A DNA stretch of 64,000 nt from an uncultured Clostridia bacterium (GCA_934141555.1 CAKPCK010000007.1:3155-67154), one strand, 5' to 3'; shown: positions 45,910 through 56,177, counted from the first letter of the stretch. Notes: generated by a model not told the origin, from the letters alone. Made by a program: numbers and translations.

Positions 45910-48260
45910 TTTATTTTTAAAGTTACTATTGTAACACCCATTTCGCCTTCACCAAATGTTCCCATTCTGTAAGAATCAACATATTTATTTGTTTTTAAAT
46001 ATTTATGAATACCATTTCTTAATGCTCCAGTACCTTTTCCGTGAACGATACGAACAGGAGAAAGTTTTGCCATAAAACAATCATCTAAATATTTATCAAC
46101 AAGAGGGATAGCTTCATCAACTGTTAAACCAAGTAAGTTAATCTCAGGACTTACAGATTGTGATTTTAAATTATTTCTACTAGTGTATGAATAATTATTT
46201 GTGTTTTTTGATGAAGAAACTTTTTCTTGTAAATATTTAATATCAACTTTAAGTTTCATTGCACCTATTTGGACTTGTACTTTATCATCTTTAGAAATGT
46301 TTGACATTACAATTCCATCAGAATTATAATTTGTAACATATACATTTAATCCGGGCTTTATTAGATCTCTTTGAATAGGATGTTTAACTTCAATTTCCTT
46401 TTTATCAATTTTTGTATTAGAAATTTTTTCATTTAGTTCATTTCTTAATTTATTTGCTTGTGATGCAGATTTGCTAGAGTTTATATCTTTTATAATAGAA
46501 TCAGCAGTTTCTTTTGCATCTAATAATATTTGTTTTGCTTCTAGTTTTGCATTTGCAATTAATTCTTTTTCTTTATTAATAACATCAGTATTTTGATGTT
46601 TTAAAGATTCTTTTAATTCTTTAGCCTCTTGTAAAGCTTGAGAAGTAAGTTCTTTTTCTTTTTCAATTTCAGATTTTGAATCATAAATATTTTTTAGTAA
46701 ATCTTCTAAATTAATAGTTTCTTTATCAATCATAGAAGAAGCTCTATTTATAATTTTTTCGTCTAAACCTAATTTTCTACTAATAGCAAAAGCATTACTT
46801 TTTCCAGGAATACCAACTAATAATTTATAAGTAGGGCGAAGGTTTTCTATATCAAATTCAACACTTGCATTTTTGAAATTAGGTGTAACCAAAGCATATT
46901 TTTTTAATTCTTGATAATGTGATGTTGAAACAACAATTGCACCTAATTCAGAAAAATATTGTAAAATACTTATTGCTAAATTTGCACCTTCTAAAGGGTC
47001 TGTACCAGAACCTAATTCATCAACCAAAATCAAGCTATTTTCTGTTGCTTGTGAGGTTATTTTTACTATATTACTCATGTGTGATGAGAAAGTACTTAAA
47101 GATTCACTAATACTTTGTTCGTCTCCAATATCTGCAAATATTTGATCAAATACATAAATACTTGAATGTTCATCAGCTGGGATATTTAATCCACTACAAG
47201 CCATCGCAGATAAAAGACCTATTGTTTTTAAAGTAACTGTTTTTCCACCAGTATTAGGACCTGTTATAATTAGAACATTAAAATCTTTTCCTAATTCTAT
47301 TGAAGATGGAACAACCTTTTCTTGGTCGATTAATGGATGACGAGCATTTATTAAATTTATTTGTTTTTGCTTATTAATTTCAGGAGTAGAACAATTTAAA
47401 TCAATAGAATAACGTGCTTTTCCAAAAATAAAATCTAATTTTCCAATAAGTTCAGCATTATTTTGTAATTCTTTCGTATATGGAAAAAGTAATCCACTTA
47501 GATTTTGTAAAATTCTTTCAATTTCTTGTTCTTCTTCAATGTGAAGGTTTGAAAGTTCATTATTTAAATCAAACACAACAAGTGGTTCTATAAAGACTGT
47601 TGAGCCACTACTTGATACATCATGAACAAATCCTTTTATAGAAGAACGATATTCCTCTTTTACAGGGATTACATATCTACCACTACGAATTGTAACAAGA
47701 TTTTCTCTCATATATTTTGAATATGTTGAAGAGTGTAGAATAACATTTAATTTTGCCCTAATATCTTGCTCAATTCTTCTTTCTTTTCTTCTGATGTCTT
47801 GTAACTTTGCTGATGCTGTATCTGCTATATTATCTTCATCTATAATTGATTTTGCGAATGTTGAAACTATACTTTGATTTACATATAAATCATTAAAATA
47901 AGGTTCTAATGCAGAAAAATCTGATGTTGATAAAAAATCTTTTGAAAAATATTCTTTTAAATCTTCAGCCATTTGTAAAATATTTTGTAATTCGATTAAT
48001 GCTTTTATGCTTAAAGAACCACAACCATCTAATGTTTTTAGATATATAGTAATATCTGCTATTTCGCCAATTGGGGGAGTACTATTTCTTTGAATTAATA
48101 CAACACCTTGACTTGTTTCGTTTAAGCTTTTTTGCACTTCTTGCACATCTTGTGATGGACGTAAATTAAAAGCATATTTTTTTCCTAAATATGTTTTGCA
48201 AAAATGTGCTATTTTTTCTAATATTTTGTCATATTCTAGTTTCTTTAAATTGTTGTTCAT
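45906..48260 (-). CDS. mutS2: Endonuclease MutS2 (MutS domain plus C-terminal Smr)
   Basis: Walker A ITGPNTGGKT, LVDELGSGTDP, and the C-terminal Smr (LGLTVDEA...VRIVHGKGTGALR). Confidence 0.95.
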   Translation of the reverse strand: MNNNLKKLEYDKILEKIAHFCKTYLGKKYAFNLRPSQDVQEVQKSLNETSQGVVLIQRNSTPPIGEIADITIYLKTLDGCGSLSIKALIELQNILQMAEDLKEYFSKDFLSTSDFSALEPYFNDLYVNQSIVSTFAKSIIDEDNIADTASAKLQDIRRKERRIEQDIRAKLNVILHSSTYSKYMRENLVTIRSGRYVIPVKEEYRSSIKGFVHDVSSSGSTVFIEPLVVFDLNNELSNLHIEEEQEIERILQNLSGLLFPYTKELQNNAELIGKLDFIFGKARYSIDLNCSTPEINKQKQINLINARHPLIDQEKVVPSSIELGKDFNVLIITGPNTGGKTVTLKTIGLLSAMACSGLNIPADEHSSIYVFDQIFADIGDEQSISESLSTFSSHMSNIVKITSQATENSLILVDELGSGTDPLEGANLAISILQYFSELGAIVVSTSHYQELKKYALVTPNFKNASVEFDIENLRPTYKLLVGIPGKSNAFAISRKLGLDEKIINRASSMIDKETINLEDLLKNIYDSKSEIEKEKELTSQALQEAKELKESLKHQNTDVINKEKELIANAKLEAKQILLDAKETADSIIKDINSSKSASQANKLRNELNEKISNTKIDKKEIEVKHPIQRDLIKPGLNVYVTNYNSDGIVMSNISKDDKVQVQIGAMKLKVDIKYLQEKVSSSKNTNNYSYTSRNNLKSQSVSPEINLLGLTVDEAIPLVDKYLDDCFMAKLSPVRIVHGKGTGALRNGIHKYLKTNKYVDSYRMGTFGEGEMGVTIVTLKIK

Positions 48261-48356
48261 TTCTAACTAAATCCTCTTTTCAAATTCAATATATTTATTA
48301 TGCCACAAATGGTAAGAAAATTCAAGGAATATTATTATAGTTTTAAGAAAAAAAGC

Positions 48357-48385
48357 TTGACATTTTCGAACAAATGTTTTAAAAT
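48357..48385 (+). promoter_or_regulatory. Promoter of the ORF6N gene
   Basis: TTGACA (48357-62), 17-nt spacer, TAAAAT (48380-85). Confidence 0.55.
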
Positions 48386-48416
48386 AGATACAACTTGAAA
48401 ATAAGGATGTGAAATT

Positions 48417-49310
48417 ATGGAAGAAAATAAAATAATAATACAAAGGGAATTGTCTATTGAAGATATTAAAAATTTAATATATACAATAAGAGGAAAACAA
48501 GTTATGTTAGATAGTGATGTTGCTGATATGTATTGTTGTGAGACGAAATATGTGAATCGTGTAGTAAAAAGAAATATAGAAAGATTTCCAGAAGAATTCT
48601 GTTTTCAATTAAATGAAGAAGAGTTTAAAGTTTTAAGGTGCCAATTTGTCACCTTAAACGAAAATGGAAGAGGACAACATAGAAAGTATTTACCATATGT
48701 TTTTACAGAGCAGGGAATTGCTATGTTATCTGCTTTGTTGAAAAGTGATATTGCAGTAAAGGTTAGTATAAATATTATGAAAGCATTTATTGAAATGCGA
48801 AAATTTTTAATGGATAATGGACAAATATTTGAAAGATTAACGAAAGTGGAGTACAAACTATTAGAACATGATAAAAAATTTAATGAGGTGTTCAATCAGC
48901 TCCAATTAGAAGAAAATATAAAACAAAAAATATTTTTTGAAGGACAAATATATGATGCATATAGTCTGATAATTGATATTATAAAAAAAGCAAATAAAAA
49001 GATTTTAATAATAGACAATTATATAGATGACAGTATTTTAAAAATGCTTGCTAAGAAAAATAACAATGTAGAAGTTGTGATATTGACTTCAGATAAAAGC
49101 AATATTCAACAAATTGATATTCAAAAATTTAATAAAGAATACCTAATATTAAAGGTTGCAAAGACTAATAAATTTCATGATAGATTTATAGTCATAGACA
49201 ATGGAGAAATGTATCATTTAGGAGCATCAATAAAAGATTTAGGAAAAAAGTGTTTTGGAATAAATAAAATTGAAGATGTAGAAATTATAGAAAAGATTAT
49301 TAACTTATAA
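48417..49310 (+). CDS. ORF6N-domain (KilA-N/Bro-N-like DNA-binding) protein with a C-terminal HKD-like module
   Basis: IYTIRGKQVMLDSDVADMYCCETKYVNRVVKRNIERFPEEFCFQL...HRKYLPYVFTEQGIAMLS is the ORF6N pattern. The C-terminus has FHDRFIVID...YHLGASIKDLGKK (an HxR(x)4D...GAS variant of the phospholipase-D-type HxK(x)4D). Confidence 0.75.
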   Translation: MEENKIIIQRELSIEDIKNLIYTIRGKQVMLDSDVADMYCCETKYVNRVVKRNIERFPEEFCFQLNEEEFKVLRCQFVTLNENGRGQHRKYLPYVFTEQGIAMLSALLKSDIAVKVSINIMKAFIEMRKFLMDNGQIFERLTKVEYKLLEHDKKFNEVFNQLQLEENIKQKIFFEGQIYDAYSLIIDIIKKANKKILIIDNYIDDSILKMLAKKNNNVEVVILTSDKSNIQQIDIQKFNKEYLILKVAKTNKFHDRFIVIDNGEMYHLGASIKDLGKKCFGINKIEDVEIIEKIINL

Positions 49311-49378
49311 AAAATTTCATTTGAATTTTGTGAAAAAGTATGTAATATTCAAGAGTTTTTATCATAAAATCAATTGAG

Positions 49379-50218
49379 GTGATTGTAATAAAAACATATT
49401 ATATAGAAAAAATGGATAAGCACAAAATAATAGGCAGAAAAATACAATTTGAAAATGATAATATCAAAATATATATTGATTTAGAAAAAGGAAAAAATGC
49501 ACGAAAATTAGTGAAAAGATTATTATTAAATGAAACAAATAATGTTGTGATTGATAAAGAACTTATAACATGTGAAAAATTGATAAATTTATTAAAATCA
49601 AATGATATAAAGATATTTGATGGAAAATGGCTTGAAAAATATTTAATTTTAGATATTTTAGAATATATTATAACTAGAAAACAGATAATAAAAGCTGAAA
49701 TAGAAATTGCAATAACTGCAAATGAAATCACAGATTTATTGATTGAAATGATAAAAATATTATCAAAGCAATATAAAAAATTAATTATTGTTACAAATCA
49801 TATAGAAAAATTAAGAAAAATAGAAAAAGAAATTAAAGAAAAAGAAGGCATATTAATAGTTTTATCAAATAATAAAAATAAAAGCCTTTTGAAATCACAA
49901 GTTATTATAAATATGGATTTTAATCAAGAGTTAATTAATCAATATAAAATATATGAAGAAGCAATTATAATAAATGCAGAAGAAAACATAAAAATAGACG
50001 CAATTCGTTTTAATGGTATTGTTATAAATGACTATGAGATTGAAATTGGAAGAAAAGAATTTATTTGGAGAGAAGGAATTGAAAAATATAGACAAAGAGA
50101 TTTGATTGAAGCAGAATTATATGTTAGAGATACATTTAAAAATATAAGAAAAAAGATACAAAAAAATAATATTAAGATAAAAGAATTATATGGTATAAAT
50201 GGAATTGTAAAAATATAA
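49379..50218 (+). CDS. Hypothetical 279-aa Ile/Lys/Glu-rich protein
   Basis: Long open frame. The start is uncertain (GTG at 49379 inside gaggtg, or ATG at 49412). I recognise no motif. Confidence 0.45.
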   Translation: MIVIKTYYIEKMDKHKIIGRKIQFENDNIKIYIDLEKGKNARKLVKRLLLNETNNVVIDKELITCEKLINLLKSNDIKIFDGKWLEKYLILDILEYIITRKQIIKAEIEIAITANEITDLLIEMIKILSKQYKKLIIVTNHIEKLRKIEKEIKEKEGILIVLSNNKNKSLLKSQVIINMDFNQELINQYKIYEEAIIINAEENIKIDAIRFNGIVINDYEIEIGRKEFIWREGIEKYRQRDLIEAELYVRDTFKNIRKKIQKNNIKIKELYGINGIVKI

Positions 50219-50222
50219 ATAA

Positions 50223-50260
50223 AGAAAATGCAGAATATGTTTGTTCTGTATTTTCTTTTT
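50223..50260. terminator. Bidirectional terminator
   Basis: 13-bp stem agaaaatgcagaa/ttctgtattttct (one G-U), 8-nt loop, T-runs on both outer sides. Confidence 0.55.
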
Positions 50261-50420
50261 AACATTTATTTAGTAAATCCTTATTAGCTAATATTGTTGC
50301 TAAAGAGTCACCTAATTGAGTAAAAATAGCGGCTAAGACTGCTAATTCTTCATCTTTGTAATTATCAGCAATTAAGCAAGATAAAAAAGATACTAAAGTA
50401 ACTAGTTCACATGAATTCAT
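50259..50420 (-). CDS. Small 53-aa protein (not in the ORF track) resembling a recurrent clostridial small-protein family
   Basis: RBS caGGAGaatatt before the ATG at 50420. Translates as MNSCELVTLVSFLSCLIADNYKDEELAVLAAIFTQLGDSLATILANKDLLNKC. From memory, the ...ELxxLAAIFTQLGDxLATI motif recurs in small Firmicutes proteins of unknown function. Confidence 0.5.
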   Translation of the reverse strand: MNSCELVTLVSFLSCLIADNYKDEELAVLAAIFTQLGDSLATILANKDLLNKC

Positions 50421-50493
50421 AATATTCTCCTGAAATACTGTATGTAAAGTATGAAAAAATGTTACTATATGGTAAAAAAATTACTCAAAACCC

Positions 50494-50522
50494 TTGCATT
50501 ATTTGGAAAAATAGGGTATAAT
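50494..50522 (+). promoter_or_regulatory. Promoter of the rimP-nusA-infB operon
   Basis: TTGCAT (50494-99), 17-nt spacer, TATAAT (50517-22). Confidence 0.55.
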
Positions 50523-50546
50523 AATAAAGTACTAAAAAGAACGGAG

Positions 50547-50571
50547 AAGAGTAGGAACAAATCCTACTCTT
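50547..50571 (+). promoter_or_regulatory. 10-bp perfect hairpin in the rimP leader
   Basis: aagagtagga / tcctactctt with a 5-nt loop, about 40 nt upstream of the rimP ATG. The U-tract is weak. Confidence 0.35.
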
Positions 50572-50610
50572 TACTTGTACCAAAAGTTCATAAAAATAAA
50601 AGGAGGGCTT

Positions 50611-51066
50611 ATGGCAAAAATAGAAGAAAAAGTCGAGCAACTAGTAAAAGATCCAATCGAAAAATTAGGATATAGCTTATATGACGTAGAATATGTAAAA
50701 GAAGGACCAGAATATTATTTAAGAATATATATAGATAAAGAATCTGGAATAGACTTAAATGATTGTGAAAAAGTAAGCAATGAGATAAATGAAATATTAG
50801 ATAAAGCAGATTACATAAAAGAACAATACTATTTAGAAGTATCATCACCAGGAATAGAAAGAAGATTAAGAAAAGATAAACACTTAGAACAAAACATTTC
50901 AAAAAATGTAGAAATAAAATTATTTAAGAAAGATAACAATGGAAAAAAAGAATATACAGGAAAGCTAAAAGCATTTAATCAAGAAGAAATAATAATAGAA
51001 GCTGATAAAGAAATTACAATAGAAAGAAAAAATATAGCACAAATAAAAACAATATATGAATGGTAA
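50611..51066 (+). CDS. rimP: Ribosome maturation factor RimP
   Basis: MAKIEEKVEQLV.....LGYSLYDVEYVKEGPEYYLRIYID...EVSSPGIERRL. ATG at 50611 follows aaaggaggg. Confidence 0.9.
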   Translation: MAKIEEKVEQLVKDPIEKLGYSLYDVEYVKEGPEYYLRIYIDKESGIDLNDCEKVSNEINEILDKADYIKEQYYLEVSSPGIERRLRKDKHLEQNISKNVEIKLFKKDNNGKKEYTGKLKAFNQEEIIIEADKEITIERKNIAQIKTIYEW

Positions 51067-51093
51067 ATAAAAAGGAAAGGATGATAAAGAAAA

Positions 51094-52221
51094 ATGAAAG
51101 CGATAGATAATAAAGAATTAATAATAGCTTTAGAAGAATTAGAAAAAGAAAAAGGAATCAAAAAGGAGGAACTTTTAGAATCAATAAGAACAGCATTAAT
51201 CACAGCATATAAAAGAAATTTTGATGCATTAGAAAATGTTGATGTAAAAATGGATGAACAAACAGGAGCAACACATGTATATGCAATAAAAGAAGTAATG
51301 GAAAGAGCAAATGATGATGCATTAGAAATAAGTTTAGAAGATGCAAGAAAAATTAATAAAGAACTAAACTTAGGAGATAGTGTAGAAGTTGAAATTGTTC
51401 CAAGAGACTTTGGAAGAATTGCAGCCCAAACAGCAAAACAAGTAATAATCCAAAAACTAAGAGAAACAGAAAGAAACATGATATTTAATGAATATAATGA
51501 AAGAAAAGGAGAAATAGTAACAGGATTAGTACAAAAAGCTGATAATCATATTGTAGTATTAGATTTAGGAAGACTAGAAGGAATAATGTTATCAAAAGAT
51601 CAAATACCAACAGAACATTATAAAGTAAATGACAAAATAAAAGCATATGTTGTAGATGTAGAAAGAGGAGAAAAAGGAGCACCACAAGCAATTGTATCAA
51701 GAACACATCCAGACTTTGTAAGAAAATTATTAGAATTTGAAATACCAGAAATATATGAAGGATTAATTGAAATAAAGAGTGTCGCAAGAGATCCAGGACA
51801 AAGATGTAAAGTTGCAGTATATTCACAAAATGAGAATATAGATCCAGTAGGATCATGTGTTGGTCAAAAAGGAATACGTATACAAAATGTAATAAATGAA
51901 TTAAATGGTGAAAAAATAGATGTTATAGAATGGAGTCCAGAGCCAAGTACATTTTTAGCATCAGCATTATTACCTGCTCAAATAATGGCAGTAGATATAA
52001 AAGAAGAAGAAAAGTTTGCACAAGTAATAGTTCAAGATGATCAATTATCATTAGCAATAGGAAAAGCTGGTCAAAATGTAAGACTTGCAGCAAAATTAAC
52101 TGGTTGGAAAATAGATATAAAAACAGAAACACAATTTAGAGAATTACTTGCTCAAAAAGCAGAAGAACCAGAAAAAGAAGAAAATGAATCAGAAGAAGTT
52201 CAAGAAAATGTAGAAGAATAA
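51094..52221 (+). CDS. nusA: Transcription termination/antitermination factor NusA
   Basis: NusA N-terminal domain, S1, and two KH domains (...DPVGSCVGQKGIRIQ...LAIGKAGQNVRLAAKLTGWKIDI). Confidence 0.97.
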   Translation: MKAIDNKELIIALEELEKEKGIKKEELLESIRTALITAYKRNFDALENVDVKMDEQTGATHVYAIKEVMERANDDALEISLEDARKINKELNLGDSVEVEIVPRDFGRIAAQTAKQVIIQKLRETERNMIFNEYNERKGEIVTGLVQKADNHIVVLDLGRLEGIMLSKDQIPTEHYKVNDKIKAYVVDVERGEKGAPQAIVSRTHPDFVRKLLEFEIPEIYEGLIEIKSVARDPGQRCKVAVYSQNENIDPVGSCVGQKGIRIQNVINELNGEKIDVIEWSPEPSTFLASALLPAQIMAVDIKEEEKFAQVIVQDDQLSLAIGKAGQNVRLAAKLTGWKIDIKTETQFRELLAQKAEEPEKEENESEEVQENVEE

Positions 52222-52239
52222 AATCTTAGGAGGATTAAA

Positions 52240-52521
52240 TTGACAAATTTACCACAAAGAAGCTGTGTTATATGTAGAGCACAGAAAAATAAAAATGAGT
52301 TATTAAGAATAGTTAAAAATAAAGATAATATAGTAAAAGTAGATGAAAGAGGAAAAGTATCTGGAAGAGGAGCTTATATTTGCTATAATTTAGATTGTTT
52401 AGAAAAAGCAAAGAAGAGTAAGAAGATTGAAAAAAGTTTAGAAATACCAATAAGCGAAGAAATATATTCTCAAATCGAAAATATTATAAAAAAACAAAGT
52501 GGGGGTGATGTTATTGGGTAA
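52240..52521 (+). CDS. ylxR: YlxR (DUF448) RNA-binding protein
   Basis: [21 protein letters not shown]...GRGAYIC. TTG start after taggagga. Confidence 0.85.
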   Translation: MTNLPQRSCVICRAQKNKNELLRIVKNKDNIVKVDERGKVSGRGAYICYNLDCLEKAKKSKKIEKSLEIPISEEIYSQIENIIKKQSGGDVIG

Positions 52522-55500
52522 GATAAAACTTTATGACATAGCTAAAGAATTTGATATGTCTAGTAAAGATATATTAGCAATAGCTATGAAATTAAATATA
52601 AATGCAAAAAGTCATTTAAGCTCAGTAAGTGATGAAGATGCAGAAAAAATTAGAAAAGAAGCCAAAAATGCGAATAAACAACCAAAAACAAGTAGTGTAA
52701 AAAAAGATAATAAAAAAGTAGCAGATAACAAGGGAGCTACACCAGTAATAATAAGAAGAGAAGTAATTGTTGAAGATACAACAAAGAAATCAGCTATACC
52801 AGAGAAAAAAGAAGATAAAAAATCAAATAATGTTGGATTTGTAGAAAGAAAAAATAAAGATTTTAATATTGTTTATAGAAATAAACCTTCAAAACCAATG
52901 ACATTTGATGAACTATTTGGAAAGAAAAAGGAAGATAAGAAAGAAGAGAAAAAAGTAGAAGAACAACCAAAGGTTCAAGAAAAGGTTGAAGAAAATTTGA
53001 AAATAGAAGAAAAAAAGGATGCTGAAATGAAAGTAGAAACAGAAATGAAAAATGCAAAACAAGAGCAAATTAAAAAGCCAGAAATTATTGAAGAAAAAGT
53101 AGAAAACAAAGTTGAAAGTAAAGAAGAAGTGAAAAAAGATAATAGAAACTTTTCAAGTAATTCTTATAATAATAGAGAACAAGGAAATAAAAATCAAGGA
53201 AATAGAGACTTCAATAATAGAAATCAATATAATAGTGATAATAGAAATAATGATAGATTTGCCAATAAAAATAGATTCAATAATAATGATAGAAATCAAG
53301 ACAGAAATAATAGAAACTTTGATAGAAATGGAAATAGACCATTTGAGAGAAATAATAACAATAGTCAAAGACCACAGTATGACAAAAATAATAATGGTCA
53401 AAGATTTGGAAACAGAAATAATAATCAAAATAATGGAAACAGATTTGACAATAGAAATCATCAAGGAAATAACAAATTTGATAATAATAGCAGATTTGGA
53501 AATAATGGTAATAGAAGACCAATGGATGAAAGAAGTATCGAGAAAAACATTAAAGATATTATGGCTGTTGAAACAATTGAAAAAGAGCCAGCTAGAGAAT
53601 ACAATAAAGCAATAGACAAACAAAAAGAAAATAATAGATTTAATGAAGTAAAAACAAATAAAAAATCAAGCAAATCTAGAAAAAATGGTCAAGATGGTGA
53701 AATTAATGAACATAAATTAAAAGGCTTAAAAAGAGCAGATAGTCTATCAAATATGTTCGAAGAATCTGATGGTGGAATGTTAGATTATTATGATTTAACA
53801 ACACAAAGAGGCAAAAAAGGAAAGAAAAAACAACCAAAAGAATTAGAAGGAAGAAATAAACAAAAAATATTTAAACTAGAAGAAATCACTATTCCAGAAA
53901 ATATAACAGTAAAAGATTTTGCAGCAGAATTAAAGAAAACAACAGCAGAAGTTATCAAAAAATTGCTTGGATATGGAGTAATGGCTACAATAAACAATGA
54001 AATAGATTTTGATACAGCATCATTAATAGCAGATGAATTTGGCGTAAAAGTAAATAAGAAGGAAACTATAACAGAAGAAGATATCTTATTTGATGAGTCT
54101 GAAGATAAAGAAGAAGACTTAGTAACACGTCCACCAGTAGTTGTTGTAATGGGACACGTAGATCATGGAAAAACATCATTATTAGATGCAGTTAAGAAAA
54201 CAAATGTTATAGAAGGAGAAGCTGGAGGAATTACACAACATATAGGTGCATATAAAGTAAAAGTAAATGATAGAGAAATAACATTTTTAGATACACCAGG
54301 ACATGAAGCATTTACAGCAATGAGAGCAAGAGGTGCACAAATAACAGATATAGCAATATTAGTAGTTGCAGCAAATGATGGTGTAATGCCACAAACAGTA
54401 GAAGCTATAAATCATGCTAAATCTGCTGGAATTCCAATAATTGTAGCAATAAATAAAATAGATTTACCAGATGCTAATATTGATAGAGTAAAACAAGAAT
54501 TAATGGCATATGAATTAGTACCAGAAGAATGGGGTGGAGATACAATATATGTTCCAATCTCAGCAAAAAATCATACAAACATTGATCAATTATTAGAAAT
54601 GGTATTGTTAGAAGCAGATGTATTAGACTTAAAAGCAAATCCAAACAAACAAGCAAAAGGTGTTGTAATAGAAGCAAGACTTGATAAGAATAAAGGTGCA
54701 ATTGCTTCAATGCTTGTACAAAGAGGAACACTTGATGTTGGAGATACAATTGTTGTAGGATCTTCAATTGGTAGAATAAGAAGTATGACAGATGAAAAAG
54801 GCAAAAAAGTAAAAAAAGCCGGACCATCTACACCAGTTGAAATAATGGGATTAACAGAAGTTCCACAAGCTGGAGATACATTCTATGAAGTAAAAGACGA
54901 GAAAACAGCAAAACATTTAATTGAAAAGAGAAAACGTCAAGAAAGAGAAAATGCAATAAATGCTGGAACAAAAGTAACATTAGATAATTTATTTAGCCAA
55001 ATGGAAGAAGGAAATTTAAAAGTATTAAACTTAATAGTTAAAGCAGATGTTCAAGGATCTGTTGAAGCAATAAAACAATCTATGGAAAAATTATCAAATG
55101 AAGAAGTAAGAGTAAAAGTTATCCATGCAGCAGCAGGAGCCGTTACTGAAACAGATGTTACACTTGCAAAAGTATCTAATGCAATAATAATAGCATTTAA
55201 TGTAAGACCAATGCCAACAGCAAAAGATATGGCAGAGAAAGAAGAAGTTGAAATAAAACAATATTCTATAATATATCAAGCAATAGATGATGTTCAAGCA
55301 GCAATGAAAGGAATGTTAGCACCAAAATATCAAGAAAAAGTTATAGGAAATGCTGAAATAAGACAAACATTTAAAATTTCAAATGTTGGTACAATTGGTG
55401 GAGCATATGTATTAGATGGAAAACTTGAAAGAAATGCAGGAGTAAGAGTATTAAGAGATAATGTTGTTATACATGAAGGAAAGCTTGCTTCACTTAAGAG

Positions 55501-55624
55501 ATTTAAAGATGATGCAAAAGAAGTTTCTAAAGGATTTGAATGTGGTATTCAAATTGAGAAATTTAATGATATTAAAGAGGGAGACATTCTTGAAGCATAC
55601 ATTTTAGAAGAGATAAAAAGATAG
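52514..55624 (+). CDS. infB: Translation initiation factor IF-2
   Basis: G-domain [29 protein letters not shown] prefer the TTG at 52514 (giving [13 protein letters not shown], 6 nt after gggggtg). The ORF track starts at 52499. Confidence 0.97.
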   Translation: MGKIKLYDIAKEFDMSSKDILAIAMKLNINAKSHLSSVSDEDAEKIRKEAKNANKQPKTSSVKKDNKKVADNKGATPVIIRREVIVEDTTKKSAIPEKKEDKKSNNVGFVERKNKDFNIVYRNKPSKPMTFDELFGKKKEDKKEEKKVEEQPKVQEKVEENLKIEEKKDAEMKVETEMKNAKQEQIKKPEIIEEKVENKVESKEEVKKDNRNFSSNSYNNREQGNKNQGNRDFNNRNQYNSDNRNNDRFANKNRFNNNDRNQDRNNRNFDRNGNRPFERNNNNSQRPQYDKNNNGQRFGNRNNNQNNGNRFDNRNHQGNNKFDNNSRFGNNGNRRPMDERSIEKNIKDIMAVETIEKEPAREYNKAIDKQKENNRFNEVKTNKKSSKSRKNGQDGEINEHKLKGLKRADSLSNMFEESDGGMLDYYDLTTQRGKKGKKKQPKELEGRNKQKIFKLEEITIPENITVKDFAAELKKTTAEVIKKLLGYGVMATINNEIDFDTASLIADEFGVKVNKKETITEEDILFDESEDKEEDLVTRPPVVVVMGHVDHGKTSLLDAVKKTNVIEGEAGGITQHIGAYKVKVNDREITFLDTPGHEAFTAMRARGAQITDIAILVVAANDGVMPQTVEAINHAKSAGIPIIVAINKIDLPDANIDRVKQELMAYELVPEEWGGDTIYVPISAKNHTNIDQLLEMVLLEADVLDLKANPNKQAKGVVIEARLDKNKGAIASMLVQRGTLDVGDTIVVGSSIGRIRSMTDEKGKKVKKAGPSTPVEIMGLTEVPQAGDTFYEVKDEKTAKHLIEKRKRQERENAINAGTKVTLDNLFSQMEEGNLKVLNLIVKADVQGSVEAIKQSMEKLSNEEVRVKVIHAAAGAVTETDVTLAKVSNAIIIAFNVRPMPTAKDMAEKEEVEIKQYSIIYQAIDDVQAAMKGMLAPKYQEKVIGNAEIRQTFKISNVGTIGGAYVLDGKLERNAGVRVLRDNVVIHEGKLASLKRFKDDAKEVSKGFECGIQIEKFNDIKEGDILEAYILEEIKR
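53141..53521 (+). repeat. Asn/Arg/Asp/Gln-rich low-complexity tract inside the IF-2 N-terminal region
   Basis: [74 protein letters not shown]...GNNGNRRP. All three frames on both strands stay open here. Confidence 0.7.
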
Positions 55625-55662
55625 GATTTAAAAGTTAATATAACTTTTGAAAGGAGAGCAAA

Positions 55663-56019
55663 ATGCCAAAGAATAATAATAGACAAGGAAGAATTGACGA
55701 AGAATTTAGAAAAGAATTAAGTCAATTAATAAGCTTTGAACTAAAAGAACCTAGTGTTACAGGAATGGTTAGTGTAACAAAAGTTAAAGTAACACCAGAT
55801 TTAAAATATGCTAAAGTTTCTGTAAGTATTTTAAATTCAAAAAATGTAAAAGAAACACTTGCAGGATTAAAAAAATCATCAGGATTTTTAAGATCAGAAC
55901 TTGCAAAAAGAATTAATTTAAGAAATACTCCAGAATTAGTGTTTGAATTAGATGAATCACTAGAATATGGAGCAAGAATTGATAAGATTATAAATGATTT
56001 GAAAAAAGATAATAAATAG
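55663..56019 (+). CDS. rbfA: Ribosome-binding factor A
   Basis: R..R...E.RKELSQLI..ELKEP...GMVSVTKVKVTPDLKYAKV. Confidence 0.93.
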   Translation: MPKNNNRQGRIDEEFRKELSQLISFELKEPSVTGMVSVTKVKVTPDLKYAKVSVSILNSKNVKETLAGLKKSSGFLRSELAKRINLRNTPELVFELDESLEYGARIDKIINDLKKDNK

Positions 56020-56036
56020 GGTTTGAAAATAATTAC

Positions 56037-56177
56037 AATTTTGGCTGTGTTAAATTTCATTTAAAACGCGGTTACATACACCACGTATGCGCCCTTGCCT
56101 TTTAAATAAAATTTTCAGTTAACACATACTGAGGCTGTAACAAGCAAGCTTTAACAGCCTCAGTGCTCGCCAAAATT
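56037..56177 (+). ncRNA. Highly structured ~140-nt intergenic element (candidate ncRNA or miniature inverted-repeat element); strand unknown
   Basis: Nested helices: aattttggc/gccaaaatt (56037-45/56169-77), tgtgttaa/ttaacaca (56046-53/56119-26), tttaaaa/ttttaaa (56060-66/56100-06), gcg/cgc, catac/gtatg (56075-79/56085-89). There is also a 10-bp side hairpin ctgaggctgt/acagcctcag (56129-38/56154-63). It is visibly more GC-rich than its flanks. Confidence 0.35.

Noticed and set aside
50451-50675. 74-aa basic ORF upstream of and overlapping rimP, and the extended rimP start at 50575
   Set aside because: The region contains the predicted rimP promoter (50494-50522) and the leader hairpin. The ATG at 50611 has a strong AAAGGAGGG RBS and gives the canonical RimP N-terminus.
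53153-53673. ORFs 53153-53623 (-), 53235-53615 (+), 53277-53522 (-) and 53461-53673 (-) inside infB
   Set aside because: They are open only because the AAT/AGA/GAT-rich repeat tract of IF-2 lacks stop codons in all frames.
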